Positions 38,291 to 47,058 of a stretch of DNA of 64,000 nt are shown here, in pieces (position 1 is the stretch's first letter; every line of letters starts with the position of its first letter). The translations under genes and the position numbers were made by a program. Under the pieces are notes generated by a model. It was given only the letters and a program-made list of their open reading frames with translations. It ran no database searches and was not told the origin of the DNA. This stretch comes from a virus, in the IMG/VR virus record IMGVR_UViG_3300006175_000004, positions 10,109-74,108 of that record; one strand, written 5' to 3'.

Positions 38291-38824
38291 TCAGCCCTTG
38301 CGGTTGCGCTTGCGGGGCGGTGGCGGGGCTTGCCCGTCAATCTGCTTATTGGTCACCCGGATGCCTTCAGCCACCATGTCGACATTTTCCTGATTGGGCT
38401 TCTCTTCCTGCACGACCGACATCTCGAGCGTTTCAAGCGTCGAAGGGTTGTTCGCCTCGGCAAGATGGTGATCAATCAGATTGCTGGCGCTGACCGCTGC
38501 CTGCTTGCGGAATTCCTTTCCGCGCTCGACCAAAATACGGGTGTTGCGGTCCATTGCGAGCATGATGTTGTCAATGCTGATCGGGCGGTCGACCGAATAG
38601 CACAGCCCGGTGAAGGTGCGAATGTTCTTCACTTCCGATACGGGGATCAATCCGTACTTCTTGTGCTGCTTGACAATGGCGTCAATGTCCGGGGTATTCA
38701 GATCGCCCGCGACCTGGATTTGTCTGCCGATCCCGATCCGTTGAATACGCATGGACACCTCTTCAGGCACGCGGTAGGGCAATTCGATGTTCTGCTTCGT
38801 CAAGTTTGCGATGTAAAGTTTCAT
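38291..38824 (-). CDS. head-associated hypothetical protein
   Basis: MKLYIANLTKQ...; follows the MCP. Confidence 0.7.
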   Translation of the reverse strand: MKLYIANLTKQNIELPYRVPEEVSMRIQRIGIGRQIQVAGDLNTPDIDAIVKQHKKYGLIPVSEVKNIRTFTGLCYSVDRPISIDNIMLAMDRNTRILVERGKEFRKQAAVSASNLIDHHLAEANNPSTLETLEMSVVQEEKPNQENVDMVAEGIRVTNKQIDGQAPPPPRKRNRKG

Positions 38825-39015
38825 GAGAATTCTCCCAAGGGTCAAAAGGTGGTGTCCGCTACTTTCCCGGACTGGTCACAGTGCGATTTTATTCTCCTGT
38901 TTTCCTGATGACCCTTGGGTTGGATATCCGTCGGGGGGTATGGCTTCGACGGTTCAAGAAACGGGGTGGGGATCGCTTTGTTACATCCCCACATCGGAAG
39001 CGGATAGTCTTCCGA
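38825..39015 (-). promoter_or_regulatory. four-hairpin intergenic RNA element after the MCP
   Basis: TCGGAAG/CTTCCGA, GTGGGGAT/ATCCCCAC, CCGTCG/CGACGG, and 11-bp CCCAAGGGTCA/TGACCCTTGGG overlapping the downstream SD. Confidence 0.6.
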
Positions 39016-40038
39016 TTACTGATACTGCATCGAGACTCCGGTGATTGCTTCCGGACGAACGCCCCAACCCGATGTCGAACGAAGTTCGCTGACAATATCA
39101 ATCGCGCCACCGGGGATCGGTGTCGGGATTTCTTTTGGCGCAGCCATGTCGTTCAATTGCAGCGTGCAAGCTTCCAAGCCCGGCGACAGCTTGGCGAACT
39201 CGTTGGTATTGATCTTCCCGCCTGCGGGCTTCTGCACTTCAGGCATGACGATGAGGACCAAATCGGTGTTGCCGCCGAGTCCCTGATTGATCAGGGTATC
39301 GTCATAGCACCACAAGATTTCATCCTTGTTGTCGCTTGCCACGGATTTGACCACGCCTGCGGTCGAAGTCGTGCCTGCGCCGGGCCGCTGGAATTGCACA
39401 AGCTGAACCACGTTGTATTCGAACGTGCCAAGCGTGCGCTGCGGTCCAAGGATGGTGAACTTCCTGCCGATCCCCAATTGATTGGTGCGGGATTTGATCT
39501 GCTGGATCTGCGACAAAATGAACAACGCCATTTGCCCGTTGTCATAGGTGACGACGGTATCGTTGTTGTTCGAATCAGGCGGCAGCGGGATTGCCGTCGA
39601 ACCATTGGTATTGACAATGCCTTCGCCGTTCGCGGGGTTCATCCCGTAAAGCAGCATATTCCGAAGAAGCTGGAAGTGGCCTTGGCGCATACCCAACCGC
39701 TGGGCTTCGACGATGGAAACATTCCACCGGCTCATCGCAGCGGTATCATGGTGGTCGTATTCAGCCCGGACCCGAAGCAAGTAGGACGCGGTGCTGATCA
39801 TCGACATCGCAATGCCGACCGATGGCAGTTCATTGTAAGCCGATTGCCCGCCCGCCATCTTCGTGCGGATATCCGCGCGGCGGATGTAAGCAACCAAATC
39901 ACCTTCGCCCAAGCGGGTCAGCGGTTCGCCACCCCCAAGAAGATCGAAAGCCCCGGAAGCCTGCGAGTAAGGCAGCAGGATTTCCGGCATTGTGTATGAC
40001 GGGTTGAGCGTCACATAAGCCGGGGCAATGTTACCCAT
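39016..40038 (-). CDS. major capsid protein
   Basis: 340 aa, strong AAAGGA RBS, follows protease and decoration genes; C-terminal RSTSGWGVRPEA. Confidence 0.85.
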   Translation of the reverse strand: MGNIAPAYVTLNPSYTMPEILLPYSQASGAFDLLGGGEPLTRLGEGDLVAYIRRADIRTKMAGGQSAYNELPSVGIAMSMISTASYLLRVRAEYDHHDTAAMSRWNVSIVEAQRLGMRQGHFQLLRNMLLYGMNPANGEGIVNTNGSTAIPLPPDSNNNDTVVTYDNGQMALFILSQIQQIKSRTNQLGIGRKFTILGPQRTLGTFEYNVVQLVQFQRPGAGTTSTAGVVKSVASDNKDEILWCYDDTLINQGLGGNTDLVLIVMPEVQKPAGGKINTNEFAKLSPGLEACTLQLNDMAAPKEIPTPIPGGAIDIVSELRSTSGWGVRPEAITGVSMQYQ

Positions 40039-40083
40039 TTAGAAAATTCCTTTCTGTCAGTGATTGATTGGACGCCCAATCGG

Positions 40084-40992
40084 TCAGATTTGAACGAGTG
40101 CGCAGGAACCGGAACGGTTCCATGTGGCGAAGCCGGTGACCGGGTCGTAGCTGACCACCATGCTGTTGCCGATCTGCACGTTCAGAATTTTGACCGGCAG
40201 AATGGCAGCGGCTGCACCGCCAACAAGCAGCGATCCACCAGTGATGGTGGAAGCACCAAGCCCGGACCCGGCATTGTAGACCACTGTCGATCCGGTCGTC
40301 CCTGCCAAGGCGGTGAATGTGCCGTTCAGGGAAGCGAATGCCCCGGTGCCGGTCAGCGATGACACCGTGACCGAGTCGCCCGGCCCGAATGTGATCGGGG
40401 CGGACATGGTCAGTGTGACCACACCCGTGCCGTCAACATAAGTGCCGGATGAAATGGTCAGCGCAGAAGCGATGTAGGGCACCAACCGCTGATTGGTGAA
40501 GTCCCATGACACCGCTTGCGTGATGATATTCCCCTCAAGATCGACCAGTGCAGGATCGATGGCCAGCGCAATGCGGGCGTTCGATCCAAGACGGTAGAAA
40601 TTGACGGTCATGCCGGAAGCGGCAAGTGGGACCGGCGATTGCGGCGTATTGATCATGGAATGGTCCTGATCAAACACCGAGAAGCCGGTCAGATCGCCAG
40701 CGTCGCCACCGTCAGGCGGGTTCTCCGTATCGGCAATCTGCGTAGCGCGGGTGATCTTCCCGCCATTGACGCCGTTTGCCGATCCGCCAGAATATGGCGA
40801 AGTGGTTTCACTGATTGCGACACCGCCCCACATGGGAATGGTCTCGCTGTCAGCAAGTACGCCACCGGCCAACCGATAGCGGGCCGAAGGATCGTCCATC
40901 GCCTGACCCTGAATGTAGCCATCCGACTGGACATTGAATGAACCCGCACCATTGGTGGTAACAAGCGGGTTGAAGGCAATTTGAGCAGACAT
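40084..40992 (-). CDS. capsid decoration/cement protein with inserted beta domain
   Basis: Between scaffold and MCP; PMWGGVAISE, FYRLGSNARI. Confidence 0.75.
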   Translation of the reverse strand: MSAQIAFNPLVTTNGAGSFNVQSDGYIQGQAMDDPSARYRLAGGVLADSETIPMWGGVAISETTSPYSGGSANGVNGGKITRATQIADTENPPDGGDAGDLTGFSVFDQDHSMINTPQSPVPLAASGMTVNFYRLGSNARIALAIDPALVDLEGNIITQAVSWDFTNQRLVPYIASALTISSGTYVDGTGVVTLTMSAPITFGPGDSVTVSSLTGTGAFASLNGTFTALAGTTGSTVVYNAGSGLGASTITGGSLLVGGAAAAILPVKILNVQIGNSMVVSYDPVTGFATWNRSGSCALVQI

Positions 40993-41066
40993 TGTTTCTA
41001 GTTCCTTTCCGCCGGTTCATTCAATGCCCCGGCTGATGATGCGAAAGTGAATTGACCCCTGATCGA

Positions 41067-42008
41067 TCAGCGGCCCTGTTGTGCCGATGGCGTCAGGAAA
41101 CCGCCTTTGTCCCAATCCACCTTCTGCACCGGGGCTTTGAAGTCGCGCACGAAGCTGTGCTTGCCGACAAAGCTGATCGTGCGCTGACCGGTCGCATGGT
41201 CAGTGCGGGTAATCTGACGAAGCTCGTCTTCCGGCAGATCGACAGGATTGTCCGCAGCCTTGAACGCGTCTGCGTAAATCTGCCCTTCAGCCACATCGAA
41301 GGCCGCGTCCGCAATTGCGGCGACATCAACCTTCGACCATGCAGGCGAATGGACCTTCAGCGCGGTAGCCAACCGGCGCTTGTAGGCTTCCAACGTTTCC
41401 CCATCCAAGGGGCGCGGCGCTGAATCACCAAAGGCTTGGAAGACCGTGTCCGCCTTCGCCTGCACTTCTGCCCGCTTGCGGAAATCCGCATCGGACATCT
41501 GCAACGGCATCCGGCGTTTCAGATCGGCAATTTCGCGCTTCATGGCTTTGACATCGACGCTGTCCTTGCGGGCATCATCGTCATCATCGTCGTCCTTCTT
41601 CGCGTCCTTGCGACCCTTCTTTTTGTCGGCAACGGCGACCTTTTTGTCTTCTTCTTCGTCTTCGTCATCGTCGTCGTCATCGTCGTCGTCTTTTTTGTCT
41701 TCCTTCTTCCCCTTCATGTCTTCAGGGAAGTCGTCCTTCTTGGCCGCATCCTTTTTGTCGGCCTTTTTGTCTTCCTTCTTTTCTTCTTCTTCGTCGTCGT
41801 CATCGTCGTCGGCCTTCTTGGCTTCGAACGCATCCATGCGCGACGACATTGAATCGACCTTCGCTGCGTACTCGTCAAAACGCTGACGATCATCGGCCCG
41901 GCCTTTCGCCAAGCTGTCAAGACCCGTCAGGATTTTGTCGAGTTTGTCTCCACCTTCCGCATCTGCTCGCACCTTCGCTTCTGCGGCCTTTCTTTCTTCA
42001 TCCGTCAC
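41067..42008 (-). CDS. nested in-frame scaffold protein (internal start)
   Basis: AAAGGAGA 7 nt upstream of in-frame GTG at 42008 (VTDEERKAAE...). Confidence 0.6.
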   Translation of the reverse strand: MTDEERKAAEAKVRADAEGGDKLDKILTGLDSLAKGRADDRQRFDEYAAKVDSMSSRMDAFEAKKADDDDDDEEEEKKEDKKADKKDAAKKDDFPEDMKGKKEDKKDDDDDDDDDEDEEEDKKVAVADKKKGRKDAKKDDDDDDDARKDSVDVKAMKREIADLKRRMPLQMSDADFRKRAEVQAKADTVFQAFGDSAPRPLDGETLEAYKRRLATALKVHSPAWSKVDVAAIADAAFDVAEGQIYADAFKAADNPVDLPEDELRQITRTDHATGQRTISFVGKHSFVRDFKAPVQKVDWDKGGFLTPSAQQGR

Positions 42009-43010
42009 TGTACTGTCTCCTTTCACGAGAGTAGCCACACCGGCTGGATCGCCACCTTTGTCCCAAACACCCTTCTCGCAGATGGCGATATGATCGAGCA
42101 GAGAAGGTTTACCTTCAATCAGTAATTGTTCACCTGTATCCAATTCCACTTTCGTATTGACGCTTGGATCGCGGAACACCACCGCAGGCGACGTGGAAAG
42201 CTGTGTGTTCCGCATTTCCTTGATTGCATCTGCATCGTAGATTTTAGCGATGCCCCAAACTTCGCTCGCTTCCGGCTTCAGGTACGGCAGGAAGACTGAT
42301 CCAACAACGCGGTCGTTGAATTCCTTGCTGTTCAACATCGCGCTTTTGGGATGCTCGAAGATTACCGACAAGCCCATGCACCGCTGCACGAAGTCTTCAT
42401 TCATGTACAGCGATGGATCGCGCCACACATATTCGTTGTGCTTGTGGCGATAGGCCATTCCGGTGCCGGTAATGCGGATATTGAACAGCCACATGTTGTC
42501 ATAGGGCTGCGGGCTGACCAGAAGCCCGGACATCATCGCGCGGGCGACAGCGAGTTCGTCCATGCCAAGGCGGTCGAGCGCAATCTGACAGCCGGGGTGC
42601 ATCGGCTGCGGTGGCTGATCGATGGGTGCCCAAGCCCATCCGACATGTTCGCCATTGACCGTAGGCGTGAATTCTTCCTTCACCCGCTGAATGAATGTGG
42701 TGAAGTCGACTTCTTCCCCCGGCGCTGCTTCGCCCGGTAGCAAGGCAACGCTGCCATTCAGAGGTGCAGGGGCAAGCGGGGTTGGATCACGGGGCCTGAT
42801 TTGCCGCGTCCATTCGGCCCGTGGCCCTGCGGGTATCTTGCCACATTCTTCGATGGCTTCGCGCTCAGCTGCTTCCAGCTCGGTCTCGTCGCCTTCGATA
42901 TGGCCACCGGGGAAGCACCAGAAGCCGGGGTAATCACCGCCCGGCCCGCGCTTCAGATACAGGGCCTTGCGATCCTGCGTGATGAAAAGAATTCCGGCAG
43001 CGCGGATCAT
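41067..43010 (-). CDS. NUDIX hydrolase - DUF2213 prohead protease - scaffold fusion
   Basis: Nudix box GGHIEGDETELEAAEREAIEECG; protease-like EHP...LSTSP...DHIAICEKG; K/D-rich scaffold region. Confidence 0.85.
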   Translation of the reverse strand: MIRAAGILFITQDRKALYLKRGPGGDYPGFWCFPGGHIEGDETELEAAEREAIEECGKIPAGPRAEWTRQIRPRDPTPLAPAPLNGSVALLPGEAAPGEEVDFTTFIQRVKEEFTPTVNGEHVGWAWAPIDQPPQPMHPGCQIALDRLGMDELAVARAMMSGLLVSPQPYDNMWLFNIRITGTGMAYRHKHNEYVWRDPSLYMNEDFVQRCMGLSVIFEHPKSAMLNSKEFNDRVVGSVFLPYLKPEASEVWGIAKIYDADAIKEMRNTQLSTSPAVVFRDPSVNTKVELDTGEQLLIEGKPSLLDHIAICEKGVWDKGGDPAGVATLVKGDSTVTDEERKAAEAKVRADAEGGDKLDKILTGLDSLAKGRADDRQRFDEYAAKVDSMSSRMDAFEAKKADDDDDDEEEEKKEDKKADKKDAAKKDDFPEDMKGKKEDKKDDDDDDDDDEDEEEDKKVAVADKKKGRKDAKKDDDDDDDARKDSVDVKAMKREIADLKRRMPLQMSDADFRKRAEVQAKADTVFQAFGDSAPRPLDGETLEAYKRRLATALKVHSPAWSKVDVAAIADAAFDVAEGQIYADAFKAADNPVDLPEDELRQITRTDHATGQRTISFVGKHSFVRDFKAPVQKVDWDKGGFLTPSAQQGR

Positions 43011-44299
43011 CAGGATACCACTTTCACTTTGCCTTCGGGGATCATGTAGTTGGTATTTTCAGATGGGGCCGATTGGATTTGCAGGTGGCCGTCGCGGGCA
43101 GACAGAACCCGACCGGTTTCGCCGTGGCCACGAATGCCCGGCGCATTGATCTTCACCTGCTTGCCGATCATCGGGTGCTTGTCAGCATCGGTCCTCGTCT
43201 TTGACCTAGGCGGAACAACCGTCACTGATTTGACGTTGCTCTGCGCCTTCATTTCCTTCTCCATGTGACGAGCTTCACTTTCGTGAGTGTAAACATAGGT
43301 GTCAAAGTCACCGGTCTTCCAATAGACTTTGACTTCCCAATAGCTGGAAGCATCACCACGAACGGCCTTCTTCTTGTCAGGGCCTTCCATCATCTTCGCG
43401 ATGTCGCGGTCGATGTCGTCGATCTTCGCAGCCAATTCCCCGGCCTTGGCAGGATTGCCTTCCGATTTTATCAAGCGGTCAAGCTGGCTCTGAAGCTCGG
43501 TACGCAAGGCCCGCAGGCGAACCAGTTCACCTGCTGTGCTGTCGGCCTTTATTTCGCTGACATATATTCCGGTGCAATCCGGGTGCTTTCGGTGGGCAAT
43601 CTTCGCCGCTTCATCTTTGGTAGCTGCCTTGATGTCCAAATCGGCCACGTGCTTTGACGATTGCGGGGTCTTGAATACTTGTACGTGCCATTCCCGCTCG
43701 GCTGCATCAGCCTTCGTGCCCTGATTGGGTTCACGATATGATGCAGCAATGGAATCGATCTTCACCATTGCTTCATCCATCAGGCACGCGTCCATCTTGG
43801 CGCAGATCGCGTCAAGCATCGATGAAGCGGGCGATACCGCGCTGTCGCTGCGCGGTTCCCACTCAAGGGCACCTTCGTCGTTTTCGACATAGGCCCCTTT
43901 GGTCTGTTTGGCCTTGGCGACCGCTTCCTTGAAGCTGTCGATCTGCCCGGAGATTTTACGGCCGTCTTTCACGACGAAGAAGGTCTCCGGCACATTCTGC
44001 TCAATGCGTGAGTCGGCCCGATTTGCCCCTTCCAATTCCTTGGTCAGATCACGGACGTTCTGCTCGAGCTTTTCCTTGCTCGGGATATTGATGGTGTTGA
44101 ACCGACCGCCCGCCAGCAACTTCTTGGCTTCGGCAAGTTCTTGTTGGATCGCTTCACGTGGCCTGCCTGCATCCGCCCGATCCACGCCCGATATCTTCCC
44201 GGCATTCTTGGAAGCGTAGAAGACTTGCTTCCCCTTGTCGCCACCGTATTCCTTTTCCATCGCGGCAAGGATTTCCTCACCTTTTGCTGTCAACGGCAT
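43010..44299 (-). CDS. modular head-associated protein, putative polyprotein
   Basis: ~55-aa modules separated by RADA/RADS/RSDS/KADA/KADS/RGDA/RTDA; TGATG-coupled to the protease gene. Confidence 0.75.
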   Translation of the reverse strand: MPLTAKGEEILAAMEKEYGGDKGKQVFYASKNAGKISGVDRADAGRPREAIQQELAEAKKLLAGGRFNTINIPSKEKLEQNVRDLTKELEGANRADSRIEQNVPETFFVVKDGRKISGQIDSFKEAVAKAKQTKGAYVENDEGALEWEPRSDSAVSPASSMLDAICAKMDACLMDEAMVKIDSIAASYREPNQGTKADAAEREWHVQVFKTPQSSKHVADLDIKAATKDEAAKIAHRKHPDCTGIYVSEIKADSTAGELVRLRALRTELQSQLDRLIKSEGNPAKAGELAAKIDDIDRDIAKMMEGPDKKKAVRGDASSYWEVKVYWKTGDFDTYVYTHESEARHMEKEMKAQSNVKSVTVVPPRSKTRTDADKHPMIGKQVKINAPGIRGHGETGRVLSARDGHLQIQSAPSENTNYMIPEGKVKVVS

Positions 44300-44311
44300 T
44301 TGCGTAACCCC

Positions 44312-44650
44312 TTATTGCAGGATGATCGCGTTGTTGATGACAGCGGTGCTGCCGGAAGCATTGGCAAGCTTGATCTTGAACCACCCGAACAGCTTCCCGT
44401 CCGCGATGGCCTTGTTGGTCAGGGTATTGGCGCTGATCGCCTGCGTGGTTTCTTGCACAAGAATATCCCCGGCAGGATCGGCGTATTGATCGATGGTCAG
44501 CGTCAGGTCGTGGGTGGCCTTCGCCCAAACCGAAATGTTCGCGCCGTGGCTGATTATGATACCGGAGTCATAGGTGACACCGGTAAGAATTTGTGCCGGG
44601 AATGGATTGAGCGGCGGAACCGGGCCTGCAGCATTCGGGTACGGAACCAT
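44312..44650 (-). CDS. hypothetical beta-rich protein
   Basis: AAGGGA RBS, 112 aa. Confidence 0.7.
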   Translation of the reverse strand: MVPYPNAAGPVPPLNPFPAQILTGVTYDSGIIISHGANISVWAKATHDLTLTIDQYADPAGDILVQETTQAISANTLTNKAIADGKLFGWFKIKLANASGSTAVINNAIILQ

Positions 44651-44662
44651 TGGTTGTCCCTT

Positions 44663-45055
44663 CTATTGAATGGGCGGAAATTTCAGGCGAAGGCGAATTA
44701 TGTTGACCTGATCCTTCAGGGCCTGGATCGTTTTCTGCTCTGTCTTGTTCGGCCTTGGCCCTGCGTCCGCTTGCGCCTGCTGCAACTGGAACTGGTACCA
44801 TTCCAAGTCGCGCTGATCGCTGCGGTTTTCGGCTGCATCCAAACGCTGAAGAATTCGGTCGTTATTCTGCTGAAGTGTTTGTAGCTGCTTGCCAAGCTGC
44901 ACCAAGGCAATTTCGCCGGGGATTGGCAGCGGGCCGCTCTGAATGATCCCGTCCACAATTGGTGCAGCCCATGACACCACAGTAACACCCATCATCAGCC
45001 CGCCACCGACAGCAGCGACCCACTTTGCCAACCGGATGATCTGAATTCTGTCCAT
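44663..45055 (-). CDS. membrane-anchored coiled-coil protein
   Basis: N-terminal TM followed by Q-rich coiled coil. Confidence 0.65.
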   Translation of the reverse strand: MDRIQIIRLAKWVAAVGGGLMMGVTVVSWAAPIVDGIIQSGPLPIPGEIALVQLGKQLQTLQQNNDRILQRLDAAENRSDQRDLEWYQFQLQQAQADAGPRPNKTEQKTIQALKDQVNIIRLRLKFPPIQ

Positions 45056-45081
45056 GACTGCACCAATCGCTTTAGGATGAT

Positions 45082-45345
45082 TTATTTCTTCCCGGCCTTC
45101 TTCGCCTTCCATGCCTTCTGTTTGGCGATGGCTGCGTCGCCTGCCGGATGACCCGCAGGAGCGTGCTCGTAGATCGTCAGCGATCTACCATCTGACATTG
45201 CCAGTTGGTAGGCGTCGATGATCCCTTCCTGATCGGTCATCAGCATGTTGGTGCCGTGAGCAATCGATTCCTGCAGCTTGTCCAAATCCAAGCTGCCGTC
45301 CGGCGCGTGCGGGTCGTGATTCCATGTGGTAGGTTTATGTGCCAT
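45082..45345 (-). CDS. hypothetical protein
   Basis: AAAGGAG RBS. Confidence 0.7.
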   Translation of the reverse strand: MAHKPTTWNHDPHAPDGSLDLDKLQESIAHGTNMLMTDQEGIIDAYQLAMSDGRSLTIYEHAPAGHPAGDAAIAKQKAWKAKKAGKK

Positions 45346-45634
45346 TGGGTGCTCCTTTGCTTTGATCGCCGGTTTCCAATTCGGTGGGCGATATCACCGG
45401 TTCCATTCCATTGCGGACCCATTCCAAGGCTGCATCCCGCGCGGCGATTGCGTGGGTCACCTCTTCCTTGAAATGCTGCACGCTATTGATCGCCGGGTGC
45501 CTGACGAACAGCAGCATCACAAGAGTGCCTACCCGCTCACCAAAGCCTTTGTGGATTGCACCTTCGTAGTAAGCGATCCGCCTGATTTTCAACTCGCGCT
45601 GTGCCGCAGCGGCAAGGTCTTCAGAAGCCGTCAC
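45335..45634 (-). CDS. hypothetical protein
   Basis: Overlap-coupled ORF. Confidence 0.6.
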   Translation of the reverse strand: MTASEDLAAAAQRELKIRRIAYYEGAIHKGFGERVGTLVMLLFVRHPAINSVQHFKEEVTHAIAARDAALEWVRNGMEPVISPTELETGDQSKGAPNGT

Positions 45635-46485
45635 AATCCAGCCACCATTTCGCGCACCTTGGCCTGCGCTTCCTTCAGGCTCTTCTCGCCTTTCGCGGTC
45701 AGCATCGACTTCGGCAGATCGCGCACATGGTAGACATATTGGCCGTAGCAGCGACAGAATGGTTCTTCAGCGGGCTGCGTGATCTTGTCGAGAAACCCCG
45801 CGTTGCCTTGCCGCATCAATCCCTGCTCGAGAGCCCAGTTGCCCCGAATGGTATAGACCAGCATGTCGCGCTCCTTGTGGTCTTCGCGATAATTGTAGCC
45901 CGGCTGCCGCCAATGGCTGTGCCAGATCATCGCAAGCGCGTTGTTGTCTTTCGCCACGATGTCATTGATTGCCGATGTCAGCTTGTGGCCCTGATCAATC
46001 AGCACGCGGCGTTCTTCAAATTTGGTCCGCGCCAGCGACTTGCGTATATCCTGCTTGGCTGCGGGCTTCTGACCGGCCACTTTCGTTCCGCCCTTGGGGA
46101 TCGATGTGGCCCAACCACTGAAGCGTTGCAGCGTCTTCTCGATGGATTGCTGACGGTTCAATCTGATGAGATTGGCCGATGCCAGTATCCGGCGATCCAA
46201 TTCCGCCCGAAGATGAGGCCGCAACCGTTCAATGGTAAATCTTCCGACCCCGGCATGATACCGAGCGATGCCGCCCTTCTCGACCATGCGGGTATAAATC
46301 GCGATCAACCCGCCCCGCAGCATGGCCTCGAGCACATGGGGCTGGGTGAATTCCTTTTCGGCTGCTTCCTTGATCTTCTTTTCCCACATCACCAATCGTT
46401 CAACGGTGTCGAAGCCGTGGGTGAGCAAGTCATCCACGGCTTCAGTGACAACGTCGTAGAAGGAATTACCCTTCTGTGATGGCAT
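45631..46485 (-). CDS. MuF/SPP1 gp7-like head morphogenesis protein
   Basis: IDQGHKL, WHSHWR...REDHKERD, PAEEPFCRC. Confidence 0.85.
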   Translation of the reverse strand: MPSQKGNSFYDVVTEAVDDLLTHGFDTVERLVMWEKKIKEAAEKEFTQPHVLEAMLRGGLIAIYTRMVEKGGIARYHAGVGRFTIERLRPHLRAELDRRILASANLIRLNRQQSIEKTLQRFSGWATSIPKGGTKVAGQKPAAKQDIRKSLARTKFEERRVLIDQGHKLTSAINDIVAKDNNALAMIWHSHWRQPGYNYREDHKERDMLVYTIRGNWALEQGLMRQGNAGFLDKITQPAEEPFCRCYGQYVYHVRDLPKSMLTAKGEKSLKEAQAKVREMVAGL

Positions 46486-46847
46486 TAGGGTGCAGGGGCT
46501 GCCGGGGTATTCGCAGTGACCGCTGCCGCAAGCGAAGTATCATTCGCGGCAAGCGTGGTTTGCAAATCGGTCAGCGATTGAAGCTGAGCCGGGGTGGCTC
46601 CTGCCGCTTGTGCTGCGGCAACTGCATCCGCGATCATTTTCGGGATGCCATTCAGCAGGGCGACAGCCGATTCTTCGACGGTGGTTTCGTTGGCGACTTC
46701 AGCGGTAAGCGCGGCAATCTTGTCGTCAAGTACTGACATCTTCACTTCCTCTTGTTTCAGGGTGCGTAGGATTTGGCCGAGCAGTCTTTCGATGCGATCA
46801 AGTCGGCCTTGGCAATGATCGCAAATACAACAATCAAATCTGTTCAC
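46485..46847 (-). CDS. coiled-coil hypothetical protein
   Basis: Ala-rich helical C-terminus ending ANTP; start may be internal (MSVLDD). Confidence 0.65.
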   Translation of the reverse strand: MNRFDCCICDHCQGRLDRIERLLGQILRTLKQEEVKMSVLDDKIAALTAEVANETTVEESAVALLNGIPKMIADAVAAAQAAGATPAQLQSLTDLQTTLAANDTSLAAAVTANTPAAPAP

Positions 46848-47058
46848 GGCGTCCCCTTCTGCACATGTGCATAACTAGGGTTTCAGGATCGGCTCCGAAC
46901 TTCTTCGCCACGGCTTCCTTCAGCGATTTGAAGGCCCGCTGGGCAGCCGCTTCCTTGGCTTGGCGGGCCTTGGCCGCTGCTTCCCGCTCAGCCCGCTGCC
47001 GGGCCGTAAACGACGCCTGCTTGGCCCTATTTGAAGCGATGGCGGGCATCAGGGCCAC
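46834..47058 (-). CDS. basic hypothetical protein
   Basis: ORF track; overlap-coupled. Confidence 0.55.
   Translation of the reverse strand: MALMPAIASNRAKQASFTARQRAEREAAAKARQAKEAAAQRAFKSLKEAVAKKFGADPETLVMHMCRRGRREQI

Noticed and set aside
38905-38962. Hammerhead-like CTGATGA...GAAAC
   Set aside because: It is on the non-transcribed strand, and stems I-III do not flank the core correctly.
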